NCBI GenBank assembly: GCA_041674765.1
Contig: JBAYVE010000006.1
Span: 1-56,259, forward strand
DNA from: Patescibacteria group bacterium
Lineage (GTDB): Bacteria > Patescibacteriota > UBA1384 > XYA2-FULL-43-10 > 1-14-0-10-43-13
Direction of reading: 5' to 3'
Length of the DNA stretch: 56,259 nucleotides
The translations under genes and the position numbers were made by a program. Shown here one piece after another: positions 1 through 7,625 of the stretch (its first letter is position 1; the number at the start of each line of letters is the position of its first letter). Below the pieces are notes generated by a model. That model worked only from the letters and a program-made list of their open reading frames with translations. It was not told the origin of the DNA and ran no database searches.

Positions 1-339
1 AAACCAGAAAATTTCATCCATCGTTAATACCCCATCACTAATTAGCCTTTGCCAGATTGGCCAAAAGTCGTTGGATGATATCCGGCTGTCTTCGATCTCG
101 ATCATATTAATACGGCGCTTCCGTTCGCGTGACAGGCTTATCATTGCCCGATAGAGTTTGTGATACTCTTCTACGTTCTCAGCCCAATCTAAGCCCAGTG
201 CTTGCGCACTAGCTCCAATCATTTGTTCAAGGTGCTTTTCATTTGTTGCTGCGGTCATGTCAATTTTAGCAACGTTCTTACAGGTCGAAACCATTGCAAT
301 CAGGCCATTGTGGTCTTTGTCTCTGTGTATGGTTATCAT
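1..339 (-). CDS. Hypothetical protein, truncated at window start
   Basis: Manual translation: ATG at 339-337 overlaps the upstream TAA; frame stays open for 113 codons (MITIHRDKDHNGLIAMV...DEIFWF) to position 1. Confidence 0.55.
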   Translation of the reverse strand, partial: MITIHRDKDHNGLIAMVSTCKNVAKIDMTAATNEKHLEQMIGASAQALGLDWAENVEEYHKLYRAMISLSRERKRRINMIEIEDSRISSNDFWPIWQRLISDGVLTMDEIFWF

Positions 340-530
340 TATAATAACTCCATCAGCTTTAGTTTGATATGCGTTAGATCGCAATGATGTTTTGCGTCAA
401 TCTCTTTGATGCTGTCATCAATCGATTCGATAAATGATTCTATCGCCTTGTTTATCCCTTGCTCTTTAATGAGCATTTCACCTAAGGCAACGTGTTTATT
501 AAAAAGCGGATCTATGTTAAATGTGTTCAT
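339..530 (-). CDS. Hypothetical protein, 63 aa
   Basis: Tightly packed in the leftward operon, coupled to neighbours. Confidence 0.6.
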   Translation of the reverse strand: MNTFNIDPLFNKHVALGEMLIKEQGINKAIESFIESIDDSIKEIDAKHHCDLTHIKLKLMELL

Positions 531-532
531 TT

Positions 533-1084
533 TTATTTATCCTCAATGATTGCAGCATACTTACCTGGATACCAGCTAACTACTCCGGCATCCTTGAGCG
601 ATGCGTTAAAAGTTTCTAGCGCTGACAGTACAGAGTCAGGAAGTTCAGTATCTTCTGGCAAATCATCTGCCCAGTAATCTGCATCTAATTCTCTAAGGTG
701 CTCAGGTTCGCAGATAATAAGACGTAATGAATCTATATTCTCTATTTGATGTTCATCAATATAGTCATTAAGCTGGTCATAATCAGCAAAATAAACATCG
801 TCTCTATCTGAGTGCAAATATGACTCGCCATCCCAAACTTTTCTTTCTAACTTTGAGTATCTTTCAATATCTTTTTTCTCTATGCAATCTACGCAGTAAC
901 GATAACTTCTCCTTATAATGGCTTCTTTGCAATCTTCGCATCTTTTATGCGTCGCGCTTGCATACCTTGCCATCTCTTCTAACTGACCCCAAAAAACGCC
1001 GTTTTTATCAACCCATCCGCTTAGACCAGTTACAAATTTTGCCGCCTCATCAGATTCAGCAAGTATTATTTTTTCTTCAGTCAT
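533..1084 (-). CDS. Conserved-type phage hypothetical protein (CxxC...CxxC, acidic C-terminus)
   Basis: Start MTEEK at 1084 overlaps the upstream stop; a variant 3' half recurs at 56014-56259. Confidence 0.75.
   Translation of the reverse strand: MTEEKIILAESDEAAKFVTGLSGWVDKNGVFWGQLEEMARYASATHKRCEDCKEAIIRRSYRYCVDCIEKKDIERYSKLERKVWDGESYLHSDRDDVYFADYDQLNDYIDEHQIENIDSLRLIICEPEHLRELDADYWADDLPEDTELPDSVLSALETFNASLKDAGVVSWYPGKYAAIIEDK
543..772. repeat. 230-bp direct repeat, copy 1 (copy 2 at 56030-56259)
   Basis: Manual alignment: 7 mismatches, all within 548-669; 670-772 identical to 56157-56259. Confidence 0.95.
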
Positions 1085-1703
1085 TTTTAGCCTCATCATA
1101 TTTTTTTATTCCCCACACAATGGCGTACAGATTCCAGATGTAATGAAAAGTGTATTTCTCTGTGCCACCACCATCTAAGAAATCAACAAACCTCTTATCT
1201 TCATAATCAAACGTGTAAACTGCGTCATAAGCCGCGTGTTCATCGTTTGCGTGATAAATAACATCATTTTTGATCGCATCCCAAAGAGCGTTTTTTTCTT
1301 CGTCATCAAGATCATCAATCATGTAATTTTCAAAATGCTCTTTAACCCTTGATTTAAACGCATCCTTATCAAACTTCATGTAACCTTGCCTTCCAATCGC
1401 CTCAAGTTTTTCTCCCCAATAATCTGGGTTGATGTTCAACAAACGATCTTTATTTTTATTAAAATCGTTATTTTTCATCCTGAAAAAATCGAACATATCT
1501 TCTGTGCGCGAGAAGACATAAGTACCGCAATCTCCGCTTATGCATAAAAATCCTGGCCAAGTTATTAGGTCGAACCAATATGACGAGTTGTCGGCTCGTT
1601 TAAATCTAACGAATCGGTGCGCCCCATCGTCTTTCACTATGTTTATTTGATGATTTTTTACGTCATCCAAGAACCTTGGTTCCGTGCATTCGTAGTCTTT
1701 CAT
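1077..1703 (-). CDS. Widespread phage early hypothetical protein
   Basis: Start MKDYEC at 1703; FDLITWPGFLCISGDCGTYVF motif typical of a common uncharacterised phage family. Confidence 0.75.
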   Translation of the reverse strand: MKDYECTEPRFLDDVKNHQINIVKDDGAHRFVRFKRADNSSYWFDLITWPGFLCISGDCGTYVFSRTEDMFDFFRMKNNDFNKNKDRLLNINPDYWGEKLEAIGRQGYMKFDKDAFKSRVKEHFENYMIDDLDDEEKNALWDAIKNDVIYHANDEHAAYDAVYTFDYEDKRFVDFLDGGGTEKYTFHYIWNLYAIVWGIKKYDEAKND

Positions 1704-1704
1704 A

Positions 1705-2184
1705 TTATCCTTGTTGAGATTTGATTTTCTTCTGATCTTCAAGCTGCTTTTTGATCCGATAAACATACTTGTCATGAGCGCCGACGATCTCTGATACCTC
1801 TTTGATTCCGAGTCCGTCATTAAGCAATTTTGTTATCTTCTCAATCTTGCTGTCTTTGTAGATTCGTATCCTGCGCTCGCGTGGGATTCCTGATTCCTTG
1901 ATTATTTCTTGCGCTATTCCTTTCACGTATTGCACGGACACCATCGTTCCATTTTCTCTGTACGCCAATTTATTCACTTTCATCCGTGCATGCATTTGTG
2001 CGTATGACATAGTTTTGAGATCCAGCGTTTTTATAAACGCTTTCATTTTTTCTACGTGATTATTCGATAACTTTATTCTGTTTACTTCTACTTCATTGCC
2101 GATGGAGTTTATTTTTGACGGCTTTTTATTGAGTAAAGCCGCTGGTATTAAGTCTTTAACTGTTCCGGTTAAAAGTTCAATCAT
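1705..2184 (-). CDS. Putative DNA-binding protein with C-terminal HTH
   Basis: Basic protein; LLNDGLGIKEVSEIVGAHDKYVYRIKK resembles an HTH. Confidence 0.6.
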   Translation of the reverse strand: MIELLTGTVKDLIPAALLNKKPSKINSIGNEVEVNRIKLSNNHVEKMKAFIKTLDLKTMSYAQMHARMKVNKLAYRENGTMVSVQYVKGIAQEIIKESGIPRERRIRIYKDSKIEKITKLLNDGLGIKEVSEIVGAHDKYVYRIKKQLEDQKKIKSQQG

Positions 2185-2200
2185 TTTTATCTCAAATCGA

Positions 2201-3862
2201 TTAAAAGTTAATCGTTACGTGCGGGATGTCACCTGATTTAATCGCGGTAACAATTCGCTCAGATTCTTGATGATTGAATCCTGCATCTTTGAAAGATTGG
2301 CATACTGTCTCTAGTATGTTTATACGATGTCTTTCATCAGCTTTCGTGCGGTCCTCTTCTCGCTTCTGGACCTCTGCTCGATGAGCTTCCATTGATTCTT
2401 TTGCTTTAGCTTCTTGCTCTAGTTTCCTTGCTTCAGATTCCTTGGCTTCAATCGCGAGTTTTTCTTCATTTTCTCTGGCGATTCGTTCACGCTCGGCGGC
2501 TGCCTCTGCCTGAGCACGCCCTCTCTCTTCTGCAGCTTTCAGTTCCTCAGCAACACGTTTTGCGACCTCTTCTTCCTTGCGTTTTTGTTCGGATAGGCGT
2601 GATTCAACCAGCAACTTAAAATCGTCTTCTGGTTTGGTTATGATTGATTGCAAGTCACGGAAGAGTGACAAATCTTCAGGCAGGTGAGTAAGGTTCTTGC
2701 GAAGAACGCGAGCTAATTCATCAAGCTTAATCTTGATTGCTGCGACTTCGGTATCAACTGCATTGTGCAGGCTGGCAAGTGTTCGCTTGTTTTTGCAGGC
2801 TGTTTCAAAGTTTTTAAGTGTAAAAATACTTGGTGAGAATTTTTGGAAAACAACCTTATTGCCCAATTCAATATCAATCTGAAGAGCATGTGAAGTGCAT
2901 AGATTGATCGCATCGCCAATTATTTTATCTTTAATACTTTCCTTCTGAGTTTTAACCAGCTTCTCAAGAGTCAAGCGTTTTGACCGGATCGACTCTTTGA
3001 TAAAATCAATCGTGTTCATCAACTCATCAATGCTGGCAGTCTGTCCGATTGCCGCAGCTTTTGCTGATTCAAGTTTCTTTTCTGTTTCGTCGCAGAATTT
3101 AACCGTGGCTTCAGCGTTAACGAAGTCTTCGTCTGTTTGCAGATCGGTATTTATTTTTGCAATAAATGTTTCCGCATCAGCCTTAAATTGCGGCAAATTG
3201 CTGGCAATTACTTCGCCTTTAATCTGGATCAATAGGGTAGGTAGTTGCATGATTGCTTCCGGTTCTGGCTTTTCTGCAAACTCTTTGTGCTCGTAATTTT
3301 TAAGGTCACTCTCGAACTGGTCCCAGCCTGCCTGGATACGTTCGAACCATTCTGTTGATGGATGAATATCGCAAGACACGCGCTTATTATCGGTTCCGTC
3401 TGATACAGTAAAGATCAATTTTATAGCTCTAGTTACCAACAAGATTTGCTGGCATTGAGGCATATGTGTATCAGGCGCTGAGTTGTTACGCCGTACATAT
3501 TCAGCCAGTTCTTCATTCCACTGCTTATGTTCCCATGCTATTTCTCCATCAAACGTCAAGCCGTCGCAGCTTGCGCTCAATTTCCCTGATGAGCATGTGA
3601 CTGGGAATAGGTCTGTACTCAACACAGATTCAGTTATAAGTCGCGCTGAATTTTCCGCCTCATGGCCATAATCAAGAATGTTCTTTTGTACCCAATCAGA
3701 ATATTCTTTAGACCTCCCTGTCTTTTTGTATAGCAGCAGGTCATTACGTGTTAATTGTATTGATAGTCCGAGCATGGCTGCTGCTTCTGATGCTCCGTAG
3801 TGACTTGCCCGGAATTCCATCCATTCTTTTGTGCCCTGCACTAGATTAAGCGGCGCGTTCAT
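2201..3862 (-). CDS. YqaJ-like viral recombinase exonuclease with long coiled-coil tail
   Basis: LVQGTKEWMEFR, GASEAAAMLG, ASCDG, WEHK, QCQQ lambda-exonuclease-type motifs; adjacent to bet. Confidence 0.88.
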   Translation of the reverse strand: MNAPLNLVQGTKEWMEFRASHYGASEAAAMLGLSIQLTRNDLLLYKKTGRSKEYSDWVQKNILDYGHEAENSARLITESVLSTDLFPVTCSSGKLSASCDGLTFDGEIAWEHKQWNEELAEYVRRNNSAPDTHMPQCQQILLVTRAIKLIFTVSDGTDNKRVSCDIHPSTEWFERIQAGWDQFESDLKNYEHKEFAEKPEPEAIMQLPTLLIQIKGEVIASNLPQFKADAETFIAKINTDLQTDEDFVNAEATVKFCDETEKKLESAKAAAIGQTASIDELMNTIDFIKESIRSKRLTLEKLVKTQKESIKDKIIGDAINLCTSHALQIDIELGNKVVFQKFSPSIFTLKNFETACKNKRTLASLHNAVDTEVAAIKIKLDELARVLRKNLTHLPEDLSLFRDLQSIITKPEDDFKLLVESRLSEQKRKEEEVAKRVAEELKAAEERGRAQAEAAAERERIARENEEKLAIEAKESEARKLEQEAKAKESMEAHRAEVQKREEDRTKADERHRINILETVCQSFKDAGFNHQESERIVTAIKSGDIPHVTINF

Positions 3863-4577
3863 CTTTTGCTCCTAATTTCTTGATTGCATCTTTTTGTTCG
3901 TCGGTCAGTGTGTGTTTCGTCGATATCATGTTGATGATGCTATCAGGCGTGTGCTTGCCGGAGTTGATGGCTGATACCCATGCGCCCTTGTTTGCATCAA
4001 ATTTGTCTGATGTGTATTCTGGCAATGTCTTTTCTTCTGGCGTTATGTCAATTTCTTTGCCTTTAACTTCAACAATTCTTTCGGCTTCGTCTTGGTCATA
4101 TATACCAGTGAATCCGAACGCTAAACGTGCTGCCTGTATCATTGCTTTGTGTCGCAACATCCGGCGAGGGTGAGACTTCCATGCTGGCGAATTGTCACGT
4201 TTACACTCTTCCATATACTCTGTTGCGCTGGTCGGGTGTGATCTGTCTTTGCGGTAAATGATGCATGTGCAAGATTCAGAATCGAACTTGAATTCCATGC
4301 CGTCGAATTGGTCGTGCGTGTTCATAATTCTCGACCATCCATCGATTCCTACTACCGGAACAATCCCGCCCTTATCAGGGAACGCATAAATCTCACGAGT
4401 AAATGGATTTAAACCGTACTGACTAGCGACAACAAGTAGTGCTGTCATCTGTGCGTCAGTTACCTGTATGCTGCTTTTGAAAGCTGTTGATTTAAGTGTA
4501 TCAAGCAATCCAGACCCATCACCCATGTCGAACTTAGACGCTAGATTGCTTGTTAATATTGATAATGCTGTTGTCAT
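3846..4577 (-). CDS. bet: Phage recombination protein Bet (single-strand annealing)
   Basis: QYGLNPFTREIYAFP, VVGIDGWSRIMN, W...PRRMLRHKAMIQAARLAFGF. Confidence 0.92.
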   Translation of the reverse strand: MTTALSILTSNLASKFDMGDGSGLLDTLKSTAFKSSIQVTDAQMTALLVVASQYGLNPFTREIYAFPDKGGIVPVVGIDGWSRIMNTHDQFDGMEFKFDSESCTCIIYRKDRSHPTSATEYMEECKRDNSPAWKSHPRRMLRHKAMIQAARLAFGFTGIYDQDEAERIVEVKGKEIDITPEEKTLPEYTSDKFDANKGAWVSAINSGKHTPDSIINMISTKHTLTDEQKDAIKKLGAKDERAA

Positions 4578-4592
4578 AACTCCCCCAATTTA

Positions 4593-4919
4593 TTATCCAA
4601 TAACCTGCATTTTTGCGATGTCTTTTTTAAATTCTTCAACTTTCTCGGCTCTCTTACTCAAGCCTGCGTGTTGGTAATCGATATCAACAAACCCAACACT
4701 CGCATCTAGCATTTCGATCACCTGCTGGACATTCATGCATTCTTTGCTGTCAGCGTAATCTGAGTTTTCCTGTGATCGCTCTTCCTGCATGTCTTCAAGA
4801 GCTGTTTTAAATGCTCCCAAAGCGTTGCAAATGCCGCATGATTCGATGGCAACCGCCATTCGTGACACTGTTCTTAGCCACATAACATCGCCGGCTGCTT
4901 TTCTGTCTGGATTGATCAT
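4593..4919 (-). CDS. Hypothetical protein
   Basis: In-operon ORF; ATG at 4919 overlaps the upstream TGA. Confidence 0.6.
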   Translation of the reverse strand: MINPDRKAAGDVMWLRTVSRMAVAIESCGICNALGAFKTALEDMQEERSQENSDYADSKECMNVQQVIEMLDASVGFVDIDYQHAGLSKRAEKVEEFKKDIAKMQVIG

Positions 4920-5029
4920 GATAGCCATCGCAATTCAAGCGCTCGTTTAAACGAATATCCTCTCTTCAGCCACCAGTACAGAAAATTTGCAAACTGGTTT
5001 GATGATCTGCGCTGCGGAATTATCATCAT
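4916..5029 (-). CDS. Small hypothetical protein, 37 aa (MMIIPQRRSSNQFANFLYWWLKRGYSFKRALELRWLS)
   Basis: Manual translation; fills the gap with stop/start coupling. Confidence 0.45.
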   Translation of the reverse strand: MMIIPQRRSSNQFANFLYWWLKRGYSFKRALELRWLS

Positions 5030-5032
5030 GAT

Positions 5033-5221
5033 TTAATCTCCAGATCTTCGTAAATCTGCCAGCGCTCTTGTCAGATCCATGCTTGATCTTTTTACAGAAC
5101 CAGATTCTTTTGATCCGTAAAAATAACTAGATGAAGTGCTATGAAATTTTTTAAGTTCATTCGCTTTCTGCAAAAAACGCTTGGCTTCAAAAATTGCGAC
5201 ATCCAATTTCTTAATGTTCAT
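5033..5221 (-). CDS. Hypothetical protein, 62 aa
   Basis: In-operon ORF with coupled start. Confidence 0.65.
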   Translation of the reverse strand: MNIKKLDVAIFEAKRFLQKANELKKFHSTSSSYFYGSKESGSVKRSSMDLTRALADLRRSGD

Positions 5222-5346
5222 GATTGTTCAACCTGCACATAATCCACGTCATTAAAAGGATGGTTGTCCCTCTCAACCATCCATGAGTAAACCACCGTAA
5301 GAATCAAGATGATTAAAAATCCGAATAAGTCATGTTTTTTCGTCAT
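5218..5346 (-). CDS. Small single-TM protein, 42 aa
   Basis: Manual translation MTKKHDLFGFLIILILTVVYSWMVERD...; TGA overlaps the next ATG. Confidence 0.5.
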   Translation of the reverse strand: MTKKHDLFGFLIILILTVVYSWMVERDNHPFNDVDYVQVEQS

Positions 5347-5361
5347 GATGTTTGCCTACGA

Positions 5362-5676
5362 TCACATACAAACCAAATCTCGGTGTACGCGCCTAACCGG
5401 CGGCGCAACGTACAGCAGTTCTTTAAATGGCGTGTTAAATCCGTTCTGAACTGTCGAGCAGTTCAGTGTCATCAATGCCTTGTCTATCATCAGTAAATTG
5501 GTCTTTGTAACAGCCAGCTTCTCGCTGACGAATGGATTCATGTACAAGTGCGCAATCGTGAAAGGCTTTGTCTGGCTAAGCACAAAATCCCTAATGATGT
5601 TCAGCACCCGCTGAAGTTGTTCTTTCTCAATCATGTCAACAACCTCTATTGTTTTTGCGCGTTCTTCAACTAGCAT
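5362..5676 (-). CDS. Hypothetical protein, 104 aa
   Basis: GAGGTG RBS upstream; in operon. Confidence 0.6.
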   Translation of the reverse strand: MLVEERAKTIEVVDMIEKEQLQRVLNIIRDFVLSQTKPFTIAHLYMNPFVSEKLAVTKTNLLMIDKALMTLNCSTVQNGFNTPFKELLYVAPPVRRVHRDLVCM

Positions 5677-5684
5677 GTTTCACC

Positions 5685-5975
5685 TCAATTTCTTTTTTGT
5701 ATGCAATCTGCGTCATAGTTCCAATGCACGATTGGAAGACTCCCGTTAGTGCCGCCCTGGCCAAGATAATCTTGTGAACGGCTTTCAACCTTTACTACCG
5801 CATCGCACAATTCCTTGCTTTCGAAGTCGTCAATTTCAATCGGTCTTGCAACTGGATCTTTGCCTTGTACTTGCGTGGTCAAAATTCCAACTGCGCTCCA
5901 CTTCGGATCTGCGTTTACTGCTGTCGCTGCGATGCTTAACAATGCTGCTATCAATAATCTGTTCAATCTGTTCAT
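5685..5975 (-). CDS. Secreted/periplasmic protein with two Cys
   Basis: Signal peptide MNRLNRLLIAALLSIAATAVNA; FESKELC...DC; GGGAG RBS. Confidence 0.7.
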   Translation of the reverse strand: MNRLNRLLIAALLSIAATAVNADPKWSAVGILTTQVQGKDPVARPIEIDDFESKELCDAVVKVESRSQDYLGQGGTNGSLPIVHWNYDADCIQKRN

Positions 5976-6057
5976 GTTCTGTCTCCCTTGCGTTATCTAC
6001 CAGAATTTCTCTGGTAGATAGAATTTCTCTGGTAGATTTCTCTTGGTCGTGAGTTTT

Positions 6058-6450
6058 TTAGTTAGCGGCGTGTACTGGATAGCATCCCAGGTGAACCACT
6101 TTTACCGCATTAACAGCCCCCCCGAGAGTGTTCTCGTCCCAAAGTTTGATTGATCCGGCTCCTTGCAGTGCTTCAGCTAAATTTCCGCTCAATGTATTTA
6201 CTCCGATGGCTTTGTACGCCTTGCTTGATCCATACATTTCGATGGGGGTTTGTGCTATCGATTTTTTTAAATTTGTGCAGGAATCCAGATCTGGTTTTCT
6301 TACATCGTAGGTAATCTCTATAGGAGTCCTACCTGTTATTTCAATTCGAACATGACCAACTAGGTCGTGGGATGATGCGTTTGCTGCCTGAGCAGCAACG
6401 GCTAGAAAAGTGATAACAAAAAATGCTAGTAAATAATTGATGCTTTTCAT
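6058..6450 (-). CDS. Secreted/periplasmic protein with two Cys, first gene after PL
   Basis: Signal peptide MKSINYLLAFFVITFLAVAAQA; AGGAG RBS. Confidence 0.7.
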   Translation of the reverse strand: MKSINYLLAFFVITFLAVAAQAANASSHDLVGHVRIEITGRTPIEITYDVRKPDLDSCTNLKKSIAQTPIEMYGSSKAYKAIGVNTLSGNLAEALQGAGSIKLWDENTLGGAVNAVKVVHLGCYPVHAAN

Positions 6451-6524
6451 GTGAATCTCCTATAAATTTTTGAATATCAACCAAACAAAACACGGTATAG
6501 TGAGTTATTGCTGTTGATGTGCTA

Positions 6525-6553
6525 ATCATAAACGCAATGTTTGCAAAAAGCAA
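6525..6553 (-). promoter_or_regulatory. PL-like sigma70 promoter
   Basis: Minus strand TTGCTT-17 nt-TATGAT. Confidence 0.7.
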
Positions 6554-6564
6554 ACTATTTGTTT
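6530..6564. promoter_or_regulatory. OL-like operator pair, AAAC-N5-GTTT x2
   Basis: Palindromes at 6530-6542 and 6552-6564, 22 bp apart, overlapping PL. Confidence 0.75.
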
Positions 6565-6693
6565 AATTTTTGAGTAATTATTTTCATAATGAGTTCAAAT
6601 GGTTTATTTTTGGCTCAAGAGCCTCCCAAACTCTGTTGTTAAATCAGGTTTATCCATGAAAAACATTTTAATCTTGCCGATTCATAATAAAAT

Positions 6694-6728
6694 AAACATA
6701 TAGTTTGCAATTCATAAACGATTGGTTT
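6694..6728. promoter_or_regulatory. OR-like operator pair, AAAC-N5-GTTT x2
   Basis: Palindromes at 6694-6706 and 6716-6728, 22 bp apart, overlapping PR. Confidence 0.75.
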
Positions 6729-6733
6729 ATCAT
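6705..6733 (+). promoter_or_regulatory. PR-like sigma70 promoter
   Basis: TTGCAA-17 nt-TATCAT. Confidence 0.72.
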
Positions 6734-6739
6734 ATAGGG

Positions 6740-6919
6740 ATGAAACAAAAAAACTTAACTCAAAAAAGAAAAGACTTTAGACTTATTGAATCCCTCGGAG
6801 GAAGTCTTGGGCTATCAAAAAGGCTAGGTTATTCAGTGCAAAGAATAAATAACTGGAAGAAGAGGGGAATCCCGGCGTGCGAGAAGTTAAAGCATCGTGA
6901 TGTGCTTCTAATAGATTAA
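6740..6919 (+). CDS. Cro-like HTH regulator
   Basis: LIESLGGSLGLSKRLGYSVQRINNWKKRGIP is a Cro/YdaS-type HTH; first gene after PR. Confidence 0.8.
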   Translation: MKQKNLTQKRKDFRLIESLGGSLGLSKRLGYSVQRINNWKKRGIPACEKLKHRDVLLID

Positions 6920-7017
6920 CAAAATCATGATAATTCTCCCTACCATCATGACACCGCACCATCCTGTGCAGCCCCTACTGCATAGTCGGAAGGATGGACT
7001 AATTCGATTTACCCCTT

Positions 7018-7060
7018 GCCAGATACGCCTTTCTTTCCTTTTGGTGTGTCTGGCTTTTTT
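7018..7060 (+). terminator. tR1-like intrinsic terminator
   Basis: GCCAGATACGCC...GGTGTGTCTGGC stem followed by TTTTTT. Confidence 0.75.
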
Positions 7061-7076
7061 ATTGGGTCAATAAATA

Positions 7077-7625
7077 ATGCGTAAGCAGATATCAAAAAAG
7101 ATGCGTTTTGAAATATTCCACAGGGATGGCTTTACTTGCCAATACTGCGGAGCAACGCCACCAAAGGTGGTTCTGCACGTTGATCACGTATTCCCGGTTA
7201 AAAGCGGCGGAACAAATGATCAAAATAATCTTATTACCTCGTGTGAAGCGTGCAATTTAGGAAAATCATCCAAGCATTTATCTGATATTCCCTTGAGTAT
7301 AAAAGATCGCGCAAAAAGAATATTGGAAATTGAGGATCAATTAAAAGGTTACAACGAGATATTACTAGCAAGGGCGGATCGAATAGAGCAACAAGCATGG
7401 ATGGTTGTTGCGGAGCTTGAAGGGGTTGAGTTTGCTGAGAGATACAACAGAGAAAGATTGCTAAGTATTAAAAGATTCCTTGAGTTGTTGCCTGTTTCAG
7501 AGGTTATAGAAGCAGCAGAAATAACCCTATCAAAATGGGGATCCACAACGAAAGAAAGAGCTTTTAAATATTTCTGTGCTGTTTGCTGGAACAAGATTAG
7601 AGGATCCAATAATGGCCAGAATTAG
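7077..7625 (+). CDS. HNH endonuclease
   Basis: RDGFTCQYCG, LHVDHVFP...GGTN...NLITSCEACNLGK. Confidence 0.9.
   Translation: MRKQISKKMRFEIFHRDGFTCQYCGATPPKVVLHVDHVFPVKSGGTNDQNNLITSCEACNLGKSSKHLSDIPLSIKDRAKRILEIEDQLKGYNEILLARADRIEQQAWMVVAELEGVEFAERYNRERLLSIKRFLELLPVSEVIEAAEITLSKWGSTTKERAFKYFCAVCWNKIRGSNNGQN

Noticed and set aside
543-772. attL/attR of an integrated prophage
   Set aside because: No integrase, and the flank 1-542 is phage-like operon sequence rather than host DNA
6002-6037. Cas12a-like repeat (AATTTCT...GTAGAT) or mini CRISPR array
   Set aside because: Lacks the TCTAC/GTAGA stem within the unit, copies abut with no spacer, no cas genes; better explained as a hairpin plus tandem duplication
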